Part shown: in pieces, positions 42,421 to 56,287 of the stretch
Layout: the number at the start of each line of letters is the position of its first letter
Numbering within the stretch: the stretch's first letter is position 1
From: Candidatus Eiseniibacteriota bacterium
GTDB taxonomy: Bacteria; Eisenbacteria; RBG-16-71-46; CAVPCR01
Direction of reading: 5' to 3'
DNA length: 64,000 nt
NCBI GenBank assembly: GCA_963702435.1
Contig: CAVPCR010000002.1
Span: 160,001-224,000, forward strand
Position numbers and translations under genes: made by a program
The notes under the pieces: model-generated
The model's input: only the letters and a program-made list of their open reading frames with translations
Told to the model about the DNA's origin: nothing
Database searches by the model: none

Positions 42421-42834
42421 TCAGTCGACCATCGGGTTGACGATCACGAGACGCTGCACCGGGGCCGATGCCGAGGTCGGCCACCGGACATCGATCGTGA
42501 TCCGCACGCAGTTGGCGACAGGCTGGTTGTTCTCCACCACCCACGACACCCAGTAACCGCCGGGGAAGGGGTTGCCCGCGTCATTGTGGCTGCCAGCCAC
42601 CAGATCGGCGTCGCCCCACGGCAGCGTCAGCAGCCGCTCCGCCGCGGTGGAACACAACTCCGAGGCCCGGGTCTGCGTCCCCGAGTTGGATACGGCGCGG
42701 CTGCCAATGGGCAAGAGCACCGCGAGCCCCATGATGCCGATCCCGAAGATCACGATAGCGACCAACACCCCGATCAAGCTGAATCCGCCGTCCGCGCGGC
42801 GGCCGGCGTTGCGGACTGCAAGGCGCGTTTTCAT
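42421..42834 (-). CDS. PilV-like minor pilin
   Basis: GG|FSLIGVLVAIVIFGIGIMGLA class III-like signal, C-terminal IDVRW. Confidence 0.82.
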   Translation of the reverse strand: MKTRLAVRNAGRRADGGFSLIGVLVAIVIFGIGIMGLAVLLPIGSRAVSNSGTQTRASELCSTAAERLLTLPWGDADLVAGSHNDAGNPFPGGYWVSWVVENNQPVANCVRITIDVRWPTSASAPVQRLVIVNPMVD

Positions 42835-43298
42835 TGGCGATACACCATTCCCGTCGGCCCGATGTTGAGGGTGTCCGGCCGCTCTGCGGACGAGATCACG
42901 AGCCGGCCGCCCGAGGTTCCCGGCGCCAGCATGCCGCTGGGATCGAAGATGATGGAATCCGCCGGGGTGAGTTCCACTGCCGCGATCGCGGAGCGGGGCG
43001 GCAAGCTGCGGTCAATCTGGCGCTCGTTCAGGTCGTGGACGCGGTCGCCGTCGGTGTCAACGAGAACCGTATAGGTGGCGACATTCGCGCTGCCCGGGAA
43101 AGCGATGATCACGGAGCTGTGCGCCGTGACGGAGCTCTGCCGGGCCATGCGCATGTCTTGCACCAGCTGGTCCCGGGCGCCGCGCTCGCCCAGGCTGCGC
43201 GCGAAAGTGGCGAAGTTCGGCACCGACAGTGCGGTGAGCACCCCGGCGATCACGATGACTACCATCAGCTCGAGCAGTGTGAACCCGCGGCGTCCCAT
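42831..43298 (-). CDS. FimT/FimU/GspH-like minor pilin
   Basis: RG|FTLLELMVVIVIAGVL...P, MRMARQ.SV, IIFDPSG. Confidence 0.88.
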   Translation of the reverse strand: MGRRGFTLLELMVVIVIAGVLTALSVPNFATFARSLGERGARDQLVQDMRMARQSSVTAHSSVIIAFPGSANVATYTVLVDTDGDRVHDLNERQIDRSLPPRSAIAAVELTPADSIIFDPSGMLAPGTSGGRLVISSAERPDTLNIGPTGMVYRQ

Positions 43299-43500
43299 TG
43301 CGTCCTTTCGTTGTCGTCCTTGTCTGAAAGATCGCCGCCAGAGCCGGCCCTTGCGGTCCGGGGCGGCGCGGCTCCCGGCCTGGGCTCGGGCAGAACGCCT
43401 GCGCAGCTCGCGGATTGCATCCCGGGAGATGCGCGCCGGAAGCCCGAAGCGCTTGAAGTTTCGTGGTTGGCCCCGAGGTCGGAGCTGCGGAGATGGTGGA

Positions 43501-43516
43501 CGCAGGAGTCGTGCCG
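43501..43516 (-). promoter_or_regulatory. Putative sigma-54 promoter of the minor-pilin operon
   Basis: CGGCACGACTCCTGCG; 14-nt core identical to the site at 41457. Confidence 0.7.
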
Positions 43517-43627
43517 GGGGACGAGGGAGAAAGCAGGTGGGGAAGGGCACCCAGGGTGGGGGCCGCCGGAAGCCGGGTGCCGGGAGGCCTCTTCCTACCG
43601 ATCTAGGGTCTGGGGTCTGCGCCCGAT

Positions 43628-45246
43628 CTAGGGTCTGCGCCCGGGCTCGGCGCCGCCCTGCCGCTTCTCCCCCGGCGGGGGGATCTCCGCGACCAGCGCA
43701 TCGGTGGTGAGGAGGAGCCCGGCGATCGAGGCCGCGTGCTGCAGCGCGACACGCACGACCTTGGTGGGATCCACGATGCCCTGCGCCTCGAGGTCCTCGA
43801 ACTCGAGCGTGAGCGCGTTCCATCCGGTGGTGCCGCTCGCGGCGAGCACCCGCTCGACGACGGCGCCGCCGTCGGCGCCGGCGTTCGCGGCGAGACGGCG
43901 CAGCGGCTCGGCCAGCGCCCGGCGCACGGTGGCGACCCCGAAGGCCTCATCGCCCGCGGCCGCGAGCCCGTCGAGCGCCGCGGCCGAGCGGAGGAGGGCC
44001 ACTCCGCCGCCGGGGACCACGCCCTCCTCGACGGCGGCCCGGGTCGCGGCGAGCGCATCCTCGAGCCGCGCCTTCCGCTCCTTGAGCTCGATCTCGGTGG
44101 CGCGCCGACGTGGATCACGGCGACGCCGCCGAGGAGACAGGCAAGCCGCTTCCTCAGCTGATCGCGATCGTGATCGGACGTCGCCTCCTCGATCCGGCGC
44201 CGGATCTCGCCGGCGCGGGCGGCGAGGGCGGCGGGATCGCCGCCGCCGCCGCCGATGGTGGTCGAGTCCTTGTCGATGACCGCGCGCGACGCCTGACCGA
44301 GATCCCGGAGACCGGCGTTCTCGAGGCGGCGTCCGGTCTCGGCGCTCACCACCTCGCCGCCGGTGAGGACCGCGAGATCCGCGAGCAGGGCTTTCTGGCG
44401 ATCGCCGAAGCCGGGCGCCTTGACCGCCGCCGCCTGGAGCGTGCCCCGGAGCTTGTTGACGACGAGGACGGCGAGGGCCTCCCCTTCCACGTCTTCGGCG
44501 ACGACGAGGAGCGGGCGCCCCAGCCGCGCCACCTGATCGAGGAGGGGCAGGAGCTCCCCGAGGCCCGCGAGCCGGCGATCGTGGAGGAGGAGGAGCGGCC
44601 TCTCGAGCGCCACCTCCATGCGCTCGGGATCGGTGATGAAGTACGGCGAGAGATACCCGCGGTCGAACTGCATTCCCTCGACGACCGCGAGCGCGGTCCC
44701 GGTGGTCCGCGCCTCCTCGACCATGATCACCCCGTCCCGGCCGACCTGGGCCATGGCCCGCGCGACGAGCTCCCCGATCTCCCGGTCGTCGCCGGCCGCG
44801 AGGGCGGCGACCTGAGCGATCCGGTCCGGTCCCTCGATGGTTGCCGAGCGCGCCGCGAGGTCGGCGACCACGACCGCCACCGCCCGGTCGATCCCGCGCT
44901 TCACGGCCATCGGATGGGCTCCCGCCGCCACGTGGCGGAGCCCGTCGTGGAAGAGGGCCTGCGCGAGCACGGTCGCGGTGGTCGTGCCGTCGCCCGCGAC
45001 TTCCTGCGTCCGGGCCGACACGTCCTTGATGAGCTGCGCGCCCATGTTCTCGAGCGGATCGGCCGGCTCGATCTCGCGCGCCACGGTGACCCCGTCGCTG
45101 GTCAGGGTCGGCACGCCGAACCCGCGCTCGAGAACGACGCTCCGCCCGCGCGGACCGAGGGTGACCCGGACGGCGTTCGCGACCTGGTCGATGCCGCGGC
45201 GGAGCGCATCCCGCGCGGCGGAGTCGAAGCTGAGCTGCTTGGCCAT
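43628..45246 (-). CDS. groL: Chaperonin GroEL paralog (one frameshift near 44100)
   Basis: [33 protein letters not shown]; after the shift [42 protein letters not shown]. Confidence 0.93.
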
Positions 45247-45306
45247 CGGTCCCCCAGCCGCCGTTCGGGCGGGCCGCCGGCGGCCCGCGCGCGAAGGCGG
45301 TAGAAC

Positions 45307-46149
45307 CTAGCGTGCCCCGCGCCGCGGCGCCGGCGGGCGAGCCCGGCCGGAGCGGCGGCGATGCGCGAGGAGGAGCCCCTTCAGCGTGAGCGCCGGATCG
45401 ACGATCTGGATCGAGCGCGCGATCCCGCGCACGAGATCGACATAGCCGCCGGTCGCAATGACCAACGGATCGGCGCCGATTTCTGCGGAGATCCGAGCGA
45501 CCAGCCCGTCGATGAGGATCGCGTTCCCGAGGACGATGCCGGAGCGGATGCTCTCCTCGGTGGTGCGGCCGACCACGCGCTCGGGGAAGGCGAGCTCGAT
45601 CCGCTGGAGGCGAGCCGCGCGCCGGAAGAGAACGTCCGCCGCGGTGATCATCCCGGGCGCGATGGCGCCGCCCAGGTACTCCCCGCGGGCGCTCACCACG
45701 TCGAAGGTGGTGGCGGTGCCGAGATCGACGATGATCGCCGGCACGCCATAGTGAGCGCGCGCCGCGGCGGCGTTGGCCAGGCGGTCGGGGCCGACCGCCG
45801 ACGGATCGAGGTAGCGATTCTCGATGCCGAGATCGGTCGTGTGATCGACGACCAGGGGAGCGGCGATACCGAGACGGGCGAGCGCCCCGGCGAACTCCCG
45901 GGTCATCGCCGGCACCACGCTCGCCAGCACGCCGGCGAGCGGCCGCTCGAGCGAGACGCCGCGGTCCGCGGCCAGGCCGCGGATGAGATGCGCGATCTCG
46001 TCGGCGGTGCGCTCCACGGTGCTCGCGATCCCCCACTGCGCGACGAGCTCATCGCCGTGAAACACGCCGACGGTGGCGCTCGTGTTGCCGACATCCACGG
46101 CGAGGATACGTTCCGGCGCGCGGGCCGGGGTGGGCTTCCGCTGGGTCAT
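45307..46149 (-). CDS. coaX: Type III pantothenate kinase
   Basis: [38 protein letters not shown]. Confidence 0.95.
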   Translation of the reverse strand: MTQRKPTPARAPERILAVDVGNTSATVGVFHGDELVAQWGIASTVERTADEIAHLIRGLAADRGVSLERPLAGVLASVVPAMTREFAGALARLGIAAPLVVDHTTDLGIENRYLDPSAVGPDRLANAAAARAHYGVPAIIVDLGTATTFDVVSARGEYLGGAIAPGMITAADVLFRRAARLQRIELAFPERVVGRTTEESIRSGIVLGNAILIDGLVARISAEIGADPLVIATGGYVDLVRGIARSIQIVDPALTLKGLLLAHRRRSGRARPPAPRRGAR

Positions 46150-47039
46150 GGTTCCGGTGTTCCGGGCTCGAGAGGATCCGCGGGCAGCGACGCCGGGTCC
46201 TCGGGCGCGGTGCTCTCGAGCGGCGCCCCGACGGGGCGCGGTACGGCGCCTGCTGCCGGGGGCGGCACGTTCGGCGCAACGACGGGCGGAACGAGCGGCG
46301 GTGCGGGCGCGCGCTTCCGGCTCCGCCCGGCGACCAGGAAGGCGAGCCCCACGCTCAGGAAGTAGAGCGCGATCATCGGGATCGCGAGCACGAGCATCGA
46401 CGGGCCGTCCCCCGGCGTGACCACGGCGGCGATGACGAAGATCCCGACCACCGCATGGCGCCACCAGGCGAGCAGATCCCGCCCGGTGACGAGGCCGGCG
46501 AGGGCGAGCGCCGTCGTCACCAGCGGCAGCTCGAAGATGGTGCCGCAGGCGAGAACGAGCCGCAGGACGAAGGTGAGGAGCTGGCCCACGGCGATGTTCG
46601 GCACCATGCTCGCCGTGCCGAAGGAGAGGAGGATGTTCATGATGACCGGCACGAGCACGAGCAGTCCGAACGCCCCGCCGGCGTAGAAGAGCGCGCACGA
46701 GGCGACGACCAGCGGCAGCACGAGGTTCCGCTCCTCCTTGAGGAGGCCCGGGACGATGAAGCGCCACACGCGCCACAGGACGAAGGGCAGGACTAGGACG
46801 ACGCCCGTGGTGAGGGCCACCTTGATGCGGGCCGAGAACGCCTCGGCCGGGCCGAGGAAGATGACCGGCACACCCTCCGGCATGGCGCTCGCGATCAGGT
46901 ATTCGAGGATCCACCCGGAGAGCGCCCACGTCACGAGCATGCCCACGCCGATCGCGATCAGCGAATCCATGAGCACGCGCCTGAGCTCCTCGAGGTGATC
47001 GAGGAACGGCATCTCGCCCATGCCGAGGGGCAGCTTCAC
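46146..47039 (-). CDS. tatC: Twin-arginine translocase subunit TatC
   Basis: MPFLDHLEELR, FIVPGL..EE, FELP, AAVVTP.D. Confidence 0.95.
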   Translation of the reverse strand: MKLPLGMGEMPFLDHLEELRRVLMDSLIAIGVGMLVTWALSGWILEYLIASAMPEGVPVIFLGPAEAFSARIKVALTTGVVLVLPFVLWRVWRFIVPGLLKEERNLVLPLVVASCALFYAGGAFGLLVLVPVIMNILLSFGTASMVPNIAVGQLLTFVLRLVLACGTIFELPLVTTALALAGLVTGRDLLAWWRHAVVGIFVIAAVVTPGDGPSMLVLAIPMIALYFLSVGLAFLVAGRSRKRAPAPPLVPPVVAPNVPPPAAGAVPRPVGAPLESTAPEDPASLPADPLEPGTPEP

Positions 47040-47536
47040 TCCGCATCCTCGCCGGTCCGGGCGACGGTACCCGGATCGGCCGGAAGTTCCCCGCGCAGGC
47101 TCTTCACCTCGTCCATGAACTGGCTCACGTCGCGGAACTGCCGGTAGACCGAGGCGAAGCGGACGTAGGCCACCGCGTCGATATCGCGGAGCGCCGCCAT
47201 CACCCGCTCGCCCACGGCGGCGCTCGACACCTCGCTCACGCCGAGGGCGCGGATCTCGGCCTCCACGTGCTCCACCGCCGAGTCGAGCACCGCGGCCGGG
47301 ATCGGGCGCTTCTCGGTGGCGCGCCGGATGCCGCCCCACAGCTTGGCGCGATCGAACGGCTCGCGGCGGCCGTCGCGCTTGACCACGTAGAGCACCGCGG
47401 CCTCGATCTCCTCGTAGGTCGTGAAGCGGTGGCCGCAGGCCAGACACTCCCGGCGGCGGCGGATCGCGGTCTCTGCCTTGGTCGCCCGGGAGTCGATGAC
47501 GCGATCCTCGAGATGTCCACAGCTGGGGCACTTCAT
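47036..47536 (-). CDS. nrdR: Transcriptional repressor NrdR
   Basis: MKCPSC, VIDSR, IRRRRECLACGHRFTTYE, VAYVRFASVY. Confidence 0.97.
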   Translation of the reverse strand: MKCPSCGHLEDRVIDSRATKAETAIRRRRECLACGHRFTTYEEIEAAVLYVVKRDGRREPFDRAKLWGGIRRATEKRPIPAAVLDSAVEHVEAEIRALGVSEVSSAAVGERVMAALRDIDAVAYVRFASVYRQFRDVSQFMDEVKSLRGELPADPGTVARTGEDAE

Positions 47537-48333
47537 GAGGACGCAGCGGGCGGTTCGAGATCGAGCGAACCCGAGACGATGGTGCGCACCAGGCCGTCGT
47601 CCGCCTTGACGAGGAGCGCCCCGGTCGCGTCGATATCCACGGCCACGCCGACCACCGCCTCCTCCCCCATCATGATCCGCACGCGCTCTCCCAGATGATT
47701 CGAATGGCGGCGCCAGGTATCGAGCAGGCCCTGCGCACGTCCGGCGGCGACCTCCAGGAACGCTCCCTCGAGCGCGGAGAGAATGCCGGCCGCCAGTTTG
47801 CACCGGTCGACCGGCAGCCCGACGAGCATGTCGAGGAAGATCGCCTCGCGTCCGATCTCGTCCACGGACGGCGCGCGGTGCACGTTCACGCCGATGCCGA
47901 GGGCGACCGCGCCGCCGGGCAACGACTCGGCCAAGATACCACAAAGCTTGAAGCGCCCGACCATCAGGTCGTTCGGCCACTGGAGCTCGGTCGGCACCTC
48001 GACGGCGAGCCAGATGCCCATCCTGACGGCGACACCGGCCCCGAGCGTGATGACGCCGGGCGGGGCATCCCCCGGCCGGAGGAGCACCGACATCCAGAGC
48101 CCCTCGCCCGGCCGCGACACCCAGCGCCGCCCGCCGCTCCCCCGCCCCCGGGTCTGTTCCTCGGCGATGACGGCGAGCCCCGTCGCGGCACCCTCGCGCG
48201 CGAGCTCGCGCACGCGATCGTTGGTCGAGGGGAGGACGCGATGCACCTCGATCGGGCGGCCTGAGATCGGGTCCGGGAGGAAGGAGCGAATCCGTATGGC
48301 GTCAAGCGGATCATCCTGGACGTGATGAGCCAT
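47533..48333 (-). CDS. birA: Biotin--protein ligase without N-terminal HTH
   Basis: STND, AEEQTRGRG...W.S, WPNDL...KLCGILAE, GIGVN. Confidence 0.92.
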   Translation of the reverse strand: MAHHVQDDPLDAIRIRSFLPDPISGRPIEVHRVLPSTNDRVRELAREGAATGLAVIAEEQTRGRGSGGRRWVSRPGEGLWMSVLLRPGDAPPGVITLGAGVAVRMGIWLAVEVPTELQWPNDLMVGRFKLCGILAESLPGGAVALGIGVNVHRAPSVDEIGREAIFLDMLVGLPVDRCKLAAGILSALEGAFLEVAAGRAQGLLDTWRRHSNHLGERVRIMMGEEAVVGVAVDIDATGALLVKADDGLVRTIVSGSLDLEPPAASS

Positions 48334-48376
48334 GCGCGAGCTCCGGTCGGGCGAGGCGACGCGGTACCACGCGGCG

Positions 48377-49264
48377 TCAGGCGTAGTCCTCGATCGATTC
48401 GACGCTGAGGGCGAGATCGAGCGCCGGCGCCGAGTGCGTGATCGCCCCGACCGCCACCGAGTCGACGCCGGGGAGCGCGAACGAGCGCACGTTGGCGTGA
48501 GTCACCCCGCCCGAGACCTCGATCCACGGCCGGCCCGGACGGCCCGGCTCTGCGCGCGGCGTGCCGGGCTCGATCCCGAGGCGCTCGAGTGTCGCGCGGA
48601 CGCGCTCCGGGGTCATGTTGTCGAGGAGCAGCTGATCGGCGCCGGCACGCACGGCCTCCTCGGCCTCCTCGGCGTTTCGGACCTCGACCTGGATCACGAG
48701 ATCGCCGTGCGCGCGCCGCGCGGCGCGCACGGCGCCGGTGATCGAACCGGCCGCCGGCAGGTGGTTGTCCTTGATGAGGATCATGTCGAAGAGCCCGAAA
48801 CGGTGATTCCGCCCGCCGCCGACGAGCACCGCATACTTCTCGAGAAAGCGCAGCCCGGGCAGTGTCTTCCGCGTGTCGCGGACCACGGTCGAGGTGCCCC
48901 GGAGCGCCTCGACGAAGCGCGCCGTCGCGGTCGCGATGCCGGAGAGGTGCTGCAGCAGGTTGAGCGCCACGCGCTCGCCGGAGAGGACGGCGCGCGCCCG
49001 ACCGTCGATCGCGGCGACCGCCAGCCCCGGCTTGAGACGCGCTCCATCCTTGGCCAGGGCCCGGAAGCCGATGTCGCGGTCGAGCTCATGGAAGACGAGG
49101 CGCGCGAGGTCGATCCCGGCGAGGACGCCGGGCGCCCGCGCCTCGATCCGTGCGCGGGCCCGCGCACTCTGCGACACGATGCTCTCGGTCGTGACATCTC
49201 CGGACCCGAGATCCTCCGCCAGGGCGAGGCGGATGATGGGAAGGGCGATGGTCTCGAGCTTCAC
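48377..49264 (-). CDS. nadC: Quinolinate phosphoribosyltransferase
   Basis: ALAED...DVTT, ERVALN, DTRKTLPG, HRFGLFD.ILIKDNH, LLDN, EVSGG. Confidence 0.96.
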   Translation of the reverse strand: MKLETIALPIIRLALAEDLGSGDVTTESIVSQSARARARIEARAPGVLAGIDLARLVFHELDRDIGFRALAKDGARLKPGLAVAAIDGRARAVLSGERVALNLLQHLSGIATATARFVEALRGTSTVVRDTRKTLPGLRFLEKYAVLVGGGRNHRFGLFDMILIKDNHLPAAGSITGAVRAARRAHGDLVIQVEVRNAEEAEEAVRAGADQLLLDNMTPERVRATLERLGIEPGTPRAEPGRPGRPWIEVSGGVTHANVRSFALPGVDSVAVGAITHSAPALDLALSVESIEDYA

Positions 49265-49303
49265 GTGACACTCCCTCTGTTCTCGAACCCGCGCCGCGCG
49301 CGG

Positions 49304-49870
49304 TCAGTCGTTGGATCGTCCGGGCGTCGGCGTCGGGTCGAGCACCCAGTCACCGGCGGGCGTGCGCGCGAGCGAGGTGTCGGGCCGCTGGGGTCCGAAG
49401 GTGGTCGAGTCGACGAGCGCGAGCTCCGAGCCGTAGAAGAGGCCGACCTCCTCCCCGTCGGCCGAAAGGCGGAAGGTCGCATGCCACCTGCCTTCCGCCG
49501 GCTCGCCGTCGGCCCAGATGAGGAGGATGCCGCCCGCGGGGAGCGTGGTATCGGGCAGCGGCCAGCGGTTCCGGACGCCGAGATCGTCGGTCAGGAAGAG
49601 CCCCGCCGTGGCCGCCGCTTCCCCGCCGCCGTTCGCGAGCTCGACGAAGTCGTCGTAGTCGCCGAACTCGTCGCTGAGCGTGGCCGTGTTGGCGGCCAGG
49701 AGCTCGTTCAGCACGATGTCCGGCCCGGCCGGCGGCTCCGGCTGCGGCTCCGTGTCGCCGTCGTCGCCGCAGGCGGCAATCGCGGCGATCGCGGCGATCG
49801 CGGCGATCGCGAGGACGAGAGTCCCCTTGCCGAGCCGGCCGCGCCGATTCATCCCGCGCGCTGGTGCCAT
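49304..49870 (-). CDS. Lamin-tail-domain lipoprotein
   Basis: Lipobox IAAC, LNELLA.N, DE.GDYDDFVEL.N, F.LS..GE, PTPG.SN. Confidence 0.82.
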   Translation of the reverse strand: MAPARGMNRRGRLGKGTLVLAIAAIAAIAAIAACGDDGDTEPQPEPPAGPDIVLNELLAANTATLSDEFGDYDDFVELANGGGEAAATAGLFLTDDLGVRNRWPLPDTTLPAGGILLIWADGEPAEGRWHATFRLSADGEEVGLFYGSELALVDSTTFGPQRPDTSLARTPAGDWVLDPTPTPGRSND

Positions 49871-49962
49871 GCCGCATCCCTCCTCGATTCCGGTGCCCGC
49901 CGCGCCGACGAGACTCGCACGCCGCTTCCCGGACCGTCAACGCCGCCGGTCGCCGCCCGCTC

Positions 49963-51972
49963 CTACCCGCGCGCCTCGAGTTCCTCGATCCGATCGCGGA
50001 GGCTCGCCGCCTGCTCGAACTCGAGCCGCGCCGCGCAGGCGAGCATCTCCCGCTCGAGCTCGCGGATCATCTCGACGCGGGTGAGCCGCGCGAGCTTCTC
50101 GGGGGCGAGGATCGGCGGCTCCTCGGCGTAGAGGGCCGGCGTGTCGGCCACCCGCGTGGTCAGGCGCACCTGCTCGACCGACTTCTGGATCGAGCGCGGC
50201 GTGATCCCATGCTCCGCGTTCCAGCGGAGCTGCTTCTCGCGCCGGCGATTGGTCTCGTCGATCGCCCGCCGCATCGAGCCCGTCACCGTGTCGGCGTAGA
50301 GGAAGACCTGGCCGCCCACGTTGCGCGCGGCGCGCCCCGCGGTCTGGATGAGCGAGGTCTCCGAGCGGAGGAAGCCCTCCTTGTCGGCGTCGAGGATCGC
50401 GACGAGGCTCACCTCCGGCAGATCGAGCCCCTCGCGCAGGAGGTTGATGCCGACCAGCACGTCGAACTCGGCGAGGCGGAGGCCGCGGAGGATCTCGACC
50501 CGCTCGATGGCGTCGATGTCGGAATGCAGGTAGCGCACGCGGATACCCATCTCGGCCAGGTAGTCGGTCAGGTCCTCGGCCATCCGCTTGGTGAGCGTCG
50601 TCACGAGCACGCGCTCGCGCCGCTCGACCCGGGTCAGGATCTCCGCGTGCAGGTCGTCCACCTGCCCCTCGACCGGCCGCACCTCGATCTCCGGGTCGAC
50701 GAGCCCGGTCGGCCGGATGACCTGCTCGACGACGACGCCGCCCGCCTCCCGGAGCTCGAACTCGGCGGGCGTGGCCGAGACGAAGATCCGCTGGCCGACG
50801 AGGGACGCGAACTCGGCGAAGCGGAGCGGGCGGTTGTCGAGCGCCGAGGGCAGGCGGAAGCCGTACTCGACCAGTGTCTGCTTGCGCGACCGGTCGCCCT
50901 CGTACATGCCGCCGACCTGCGGCACCGTGACGTGCGACTCGTCGATGATGAGGAGGAAGTCGGACGGGAAGTAGTCGAGCAGGCAGGTCGGCCGGTCCCC
51001 GGCGGCCCGCCCCGAGAGGTGCCGCGCGTAGTTCTCGATGCCCGGGCAGTAGCCGATCTCGCGGAGCATCTCGAGGTCGTAGTTGGTCCGCGTGCGGAGC
51101 CGCTGCGCCTCGAGGAGCTTGCCCTGGGACTCGAACGAGGCCAGGCGCTCTCGAGCTCGGCCCCGATCGCGGCGATCGCATGCGTGAGCCGCTCGCCCGG
51201 GGTGACGAAGTGCTTGGCCGGGTAGATGGCGAGCCGATCGAGACGGCGGAGCGTCTTTCCGGTGAGCGGATCGACGACCGAGATGCGCTCCACCTCGTCG
51301 CCGAAGAGCTCGATCCGCACCCCGTGCTCCTCGTAGGCCGGCCTGACCTCGACCACGTCCCCGCGCACGCGGAAGGTCCCGCGCGCGCCAGTCGATGTCG
51401 TTGCGCGTGTACTGGAGATCAACGAGCTCGCGCAGGATCCGATCCCGGTCGCGCGCCTCCCCGCCCTTGAGGTCCAGGCGCAGCCCCTTGAAGTCCTCCG
51501 GGTTGCCGAGGCCGTAGATGCAGGAGACCGAGGCGACCACGATCACGTCGTCGCGCTCGAGGAGCGCGCTCGTCGCGGCGAGCCGCAGCCGGTCGATGTC
51601 GTCGTTGATCGAGGCGTCCTTCTCGATGTAGGTGTTGGTCGAGGGGACGTAGGCCTCGGGCTGGTAGTAGTCGTAGTAGGAGACGAAGTAGCCGACCGCG
51701 TTCTCGGGGAAGAAGCTCTTGAACTCGCCGTAGAGCTGGGCGGCGAGGGTCTTGTTGTGGGAGATGACGAGGGTCGGCCGCCCGATCTGGGCGATCACGT
51801 TGGCCATCGTGAAGGTCTTGCCGGAGCCGGTCACGCCGAGGAGGACCTGGGCGCGATCGCCGCGCTCGATCCCCTCGACGAGCTCCTGGATCGCCGCGGG
51901 CTGGTCCCCTTCCGGGGCGAAGTCGGACCGGAGCTGGAAGTCGGCGCGCGCGCCGTCGCTCTTCTGCATCAC
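49963..51972 (-). CDS. uvrB: Excinuclease ABC subunit B (compensating frameshifts near 51385 and 51150)
   Basis: [51 protein letters not shown]. Confidence 0.96.
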   Translation of the reverse strand: MMQKSDGARADFQLRSDFAPEGDQPAAIQELVEGIERGDRAQVLLGVTGSGKTFTMANVIAQIGRPTLVISHNKTLAAQLYGEFKSFFPENAVGYFVSYYDYYQPEAYVPSTNTYIEKDASINDDIDRLRLAATSALLERDDVIVVASVSCIYGLGNPEDFKGLRLDLKGGEARDRDRILRELVDLQYTRNDIDWRARDLPRARGRGRGQAGLRGARGADRALRRRGGAHLGRRSAHRKDAPPSRSARHLPGQALRHPGRAAHACDRRDRGRARERLASFESQGKLLEAQRLRTRTNYDLEMLREIGYCPGIENYARHLSGRAAGDRPTCLLDYFPSDFLLIIDESHVTVPQVGGMYEGDRSRKQTLVEYGFRLPSALDNRPLRFAEFASLVGQRIFVSATPAEFELREAGGVVVEQVIRPTGLVDPEIEVRPVEGQVDDLHAEILTRVERRERVLVTTLTKRMAEDLTDYLAEMGIRVRYLHSDIDAIERVEILRGLRLAEFDVLVGINLLREGLDLPEVSLVAILDADKEGFLRSETSLIQTAGRAARNVGGQVFLYADTVTGSMRRAIDETNRRREKQLRWNAEHGITPRSIQKSVEQVRLTTRVADTPALYAEEPPILAPEKLARLTRVEMIRELEREMLACAARLEFEQAASLRDRIEELEARG

Positions 51973-52032
51973 AAGCGTTCCGTCGCGCGCGCCGTCGCGC
52001 CTGCGGCGCGGCAGCCACGGCCGGCCGGGCTG

Positions 52033-53409
52033 CTAGCGCACGCGGACCGTGTAGCGGACCACCGTCTCGGTGTCCGCCGGGACCTTGACCTTGAACTCGA
52101 TCTTCGCTGCTTCCTTCTTCTCGTAGGGGTGGGTCGAGTTCAAGATCTCCCAGCTCCCCTGCGGATGCTCGACCACGACGATCTCGACCGGCTCCGTCTT
52201 CCGGTTCCGGAGCTTCACCTCGACCGTCTCCTCGTAGACGCGGTCGGAGATCCGGCGCTGGTCAACCACGATGCGCTCGGCCTTGATATCGAAGGCCGCG
52301 CCCATCCGGATCTTGACCTTCTCGCCGCGCGGCGTGTGGTCGATCCGGTCCTCCCCCACGAACTCGAGGCGGCCGTCCTGATCGGCCTTGAAGGCGCGCA
52401 CGGTGCCGGCGGGGAGCGGCATGCCGAGCCCGGTCGCTTCCTTGTTCTCGGTCTCGAGGGTCACCTTGACGTCCTCGCCCCCCCACGTGCCGTCGTACTC
52501 GAAGACCTTGGTCACGGTGGCGCGGGCGGGCGCGAAGAGCGCGATCTGCTTGATCTCCTGATCCGCGATCGTGGCCGGCCGCTCGAGCACGTAGATGTGG
52601 TACTCGAAGAGCCCGCGCTCGACGAACGGCGGGGCGGCGCCCATCATCTTGGCCTCGGCCCTCATCATGTCGTACGCGACCTCGGGGCGCGGCGCCGGGG
52701 CCCGGTGGACGTCGCCGGCGACGAGCTTCAGCCTGGCCTCGGGATAGGTCGCGCCCGAGCGATTGTCGACCGAGACCCAGCCCGAGAGATCCATCGCCTT
52801 GTCGTCGGCGGCGACCACCGCCACGTACTCGGCATGCCAGCTCATGCCGCCGGTCATGTAGGAGAGCTCGACATCCGCCTTCCCGCCCTTCCCGCCCGCC
52901 ACGGTCCAGACGAGCGTCGGCTTGGTGATGAGCCCCTCCGGGAGCGCCGGGCAGCGGATGTCCTGGACGCTCTCGCGCCCGACGATCGTCACCTCCTCAC
53001 CGCCGCCCTGGCCGCCCATGACGAGGTTCGCCGCATCGTAGGCGAGGAGCTTCCCCTTGTAGGTCCGGCCCTCCTCGGCCATGACATCCACGGTCTCGCC
53101 GAGATAGCGATAGAGGATCTTGTCGGCGCTCGCGAGGTCGAAGGCGTAGTTCTGCTCGATCACATCGAGGTCGCCGGTCAGGTGAACCGAGGTGGGATCG
53201 ATCTGGGCCGCGACGTCGGCGATCTTGAGCTTCTCGCCCGGCGGCACCTCGACCGTGCGCTTGTCGCGGACCACGCCGAGATCCTGATTGTAGACCGTGA
53301 CCGCGAGCTCGCGCGCCGCGGCGGGGAGCGCCCCCGCCACCATGCCGGCGGCGACGAGCAGGGCGAGCACCCAGATGGGATTGAATGGCATTCCGTCGAT
53401 CAGTCTCAT
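52033..53409 (-). CDS. Exported DUF4139/DUF4140 domain protein
   Basis: Signal peptide, VTVYNQDLGVVRD.R, LSYMTGGMSW.A.Y, LGMPLPAG, IDHTP. Confidence 0.85.
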   Translation of the reverse strand: MRLIDGMPFNPIWVLALLVAAGMVAGALPAAARELAVTVYNQDLGVVRDKRTVEVPPGEKLKIADVAAQIDPTSVHLTGDLDVIEQNYAFDLASADKILYRYLGETVDVMAEEGRTYKGKLLAYDAANLVMGGQGGGEEVTIVGRESVQDIRCPALPEGLITKPTLVWTVAGGKGGKADVELSYMTGGMSWHAEYVAVVAADDKAMDLSGWVSVDNRSGATYPEARLKLVAGDVHRAPAPRPEVAYDMMRAEAKMMGAAPPFVERGLFEYHIYVLERPATIADQEIKQIALFAPARATVTKVFEYDGTWGGEDVKVTLETENKEATGLGMPLPAGTVRAFKADQDGRLEFVGEDRIDHTPRGEKVKIRMGAAFDIKAERIVVDQRRISDRVYEETVEVKLRNRKTEPVEIVVVEHPQGSWEILNSTHPYEKKEAAKIEFKVKVPADTETVVRYTVRVR

Positions 53410-53480
53410 GACGCCACCTCCACGGGGGAGCGATGCGTACACCACACGCGTTCCTCGCGAGCCGGGCCGGGCGCGCGGCG

Positions 53481-56147
<2,667 letters not shown>

Positions 56148-56287
56148 CGGAGGAACGGACGCTCCCGCGGGCGCGCCGCGGAGCGAGACGGCGGCATCCG
56201 CGTCACAAGAACGAGTGAGGGGCCCCGGCCGCGGCGAGCCGGGACGCGATACCAGGTCCCGGCGCACCTCCGGGACTCAGGGCCGCG

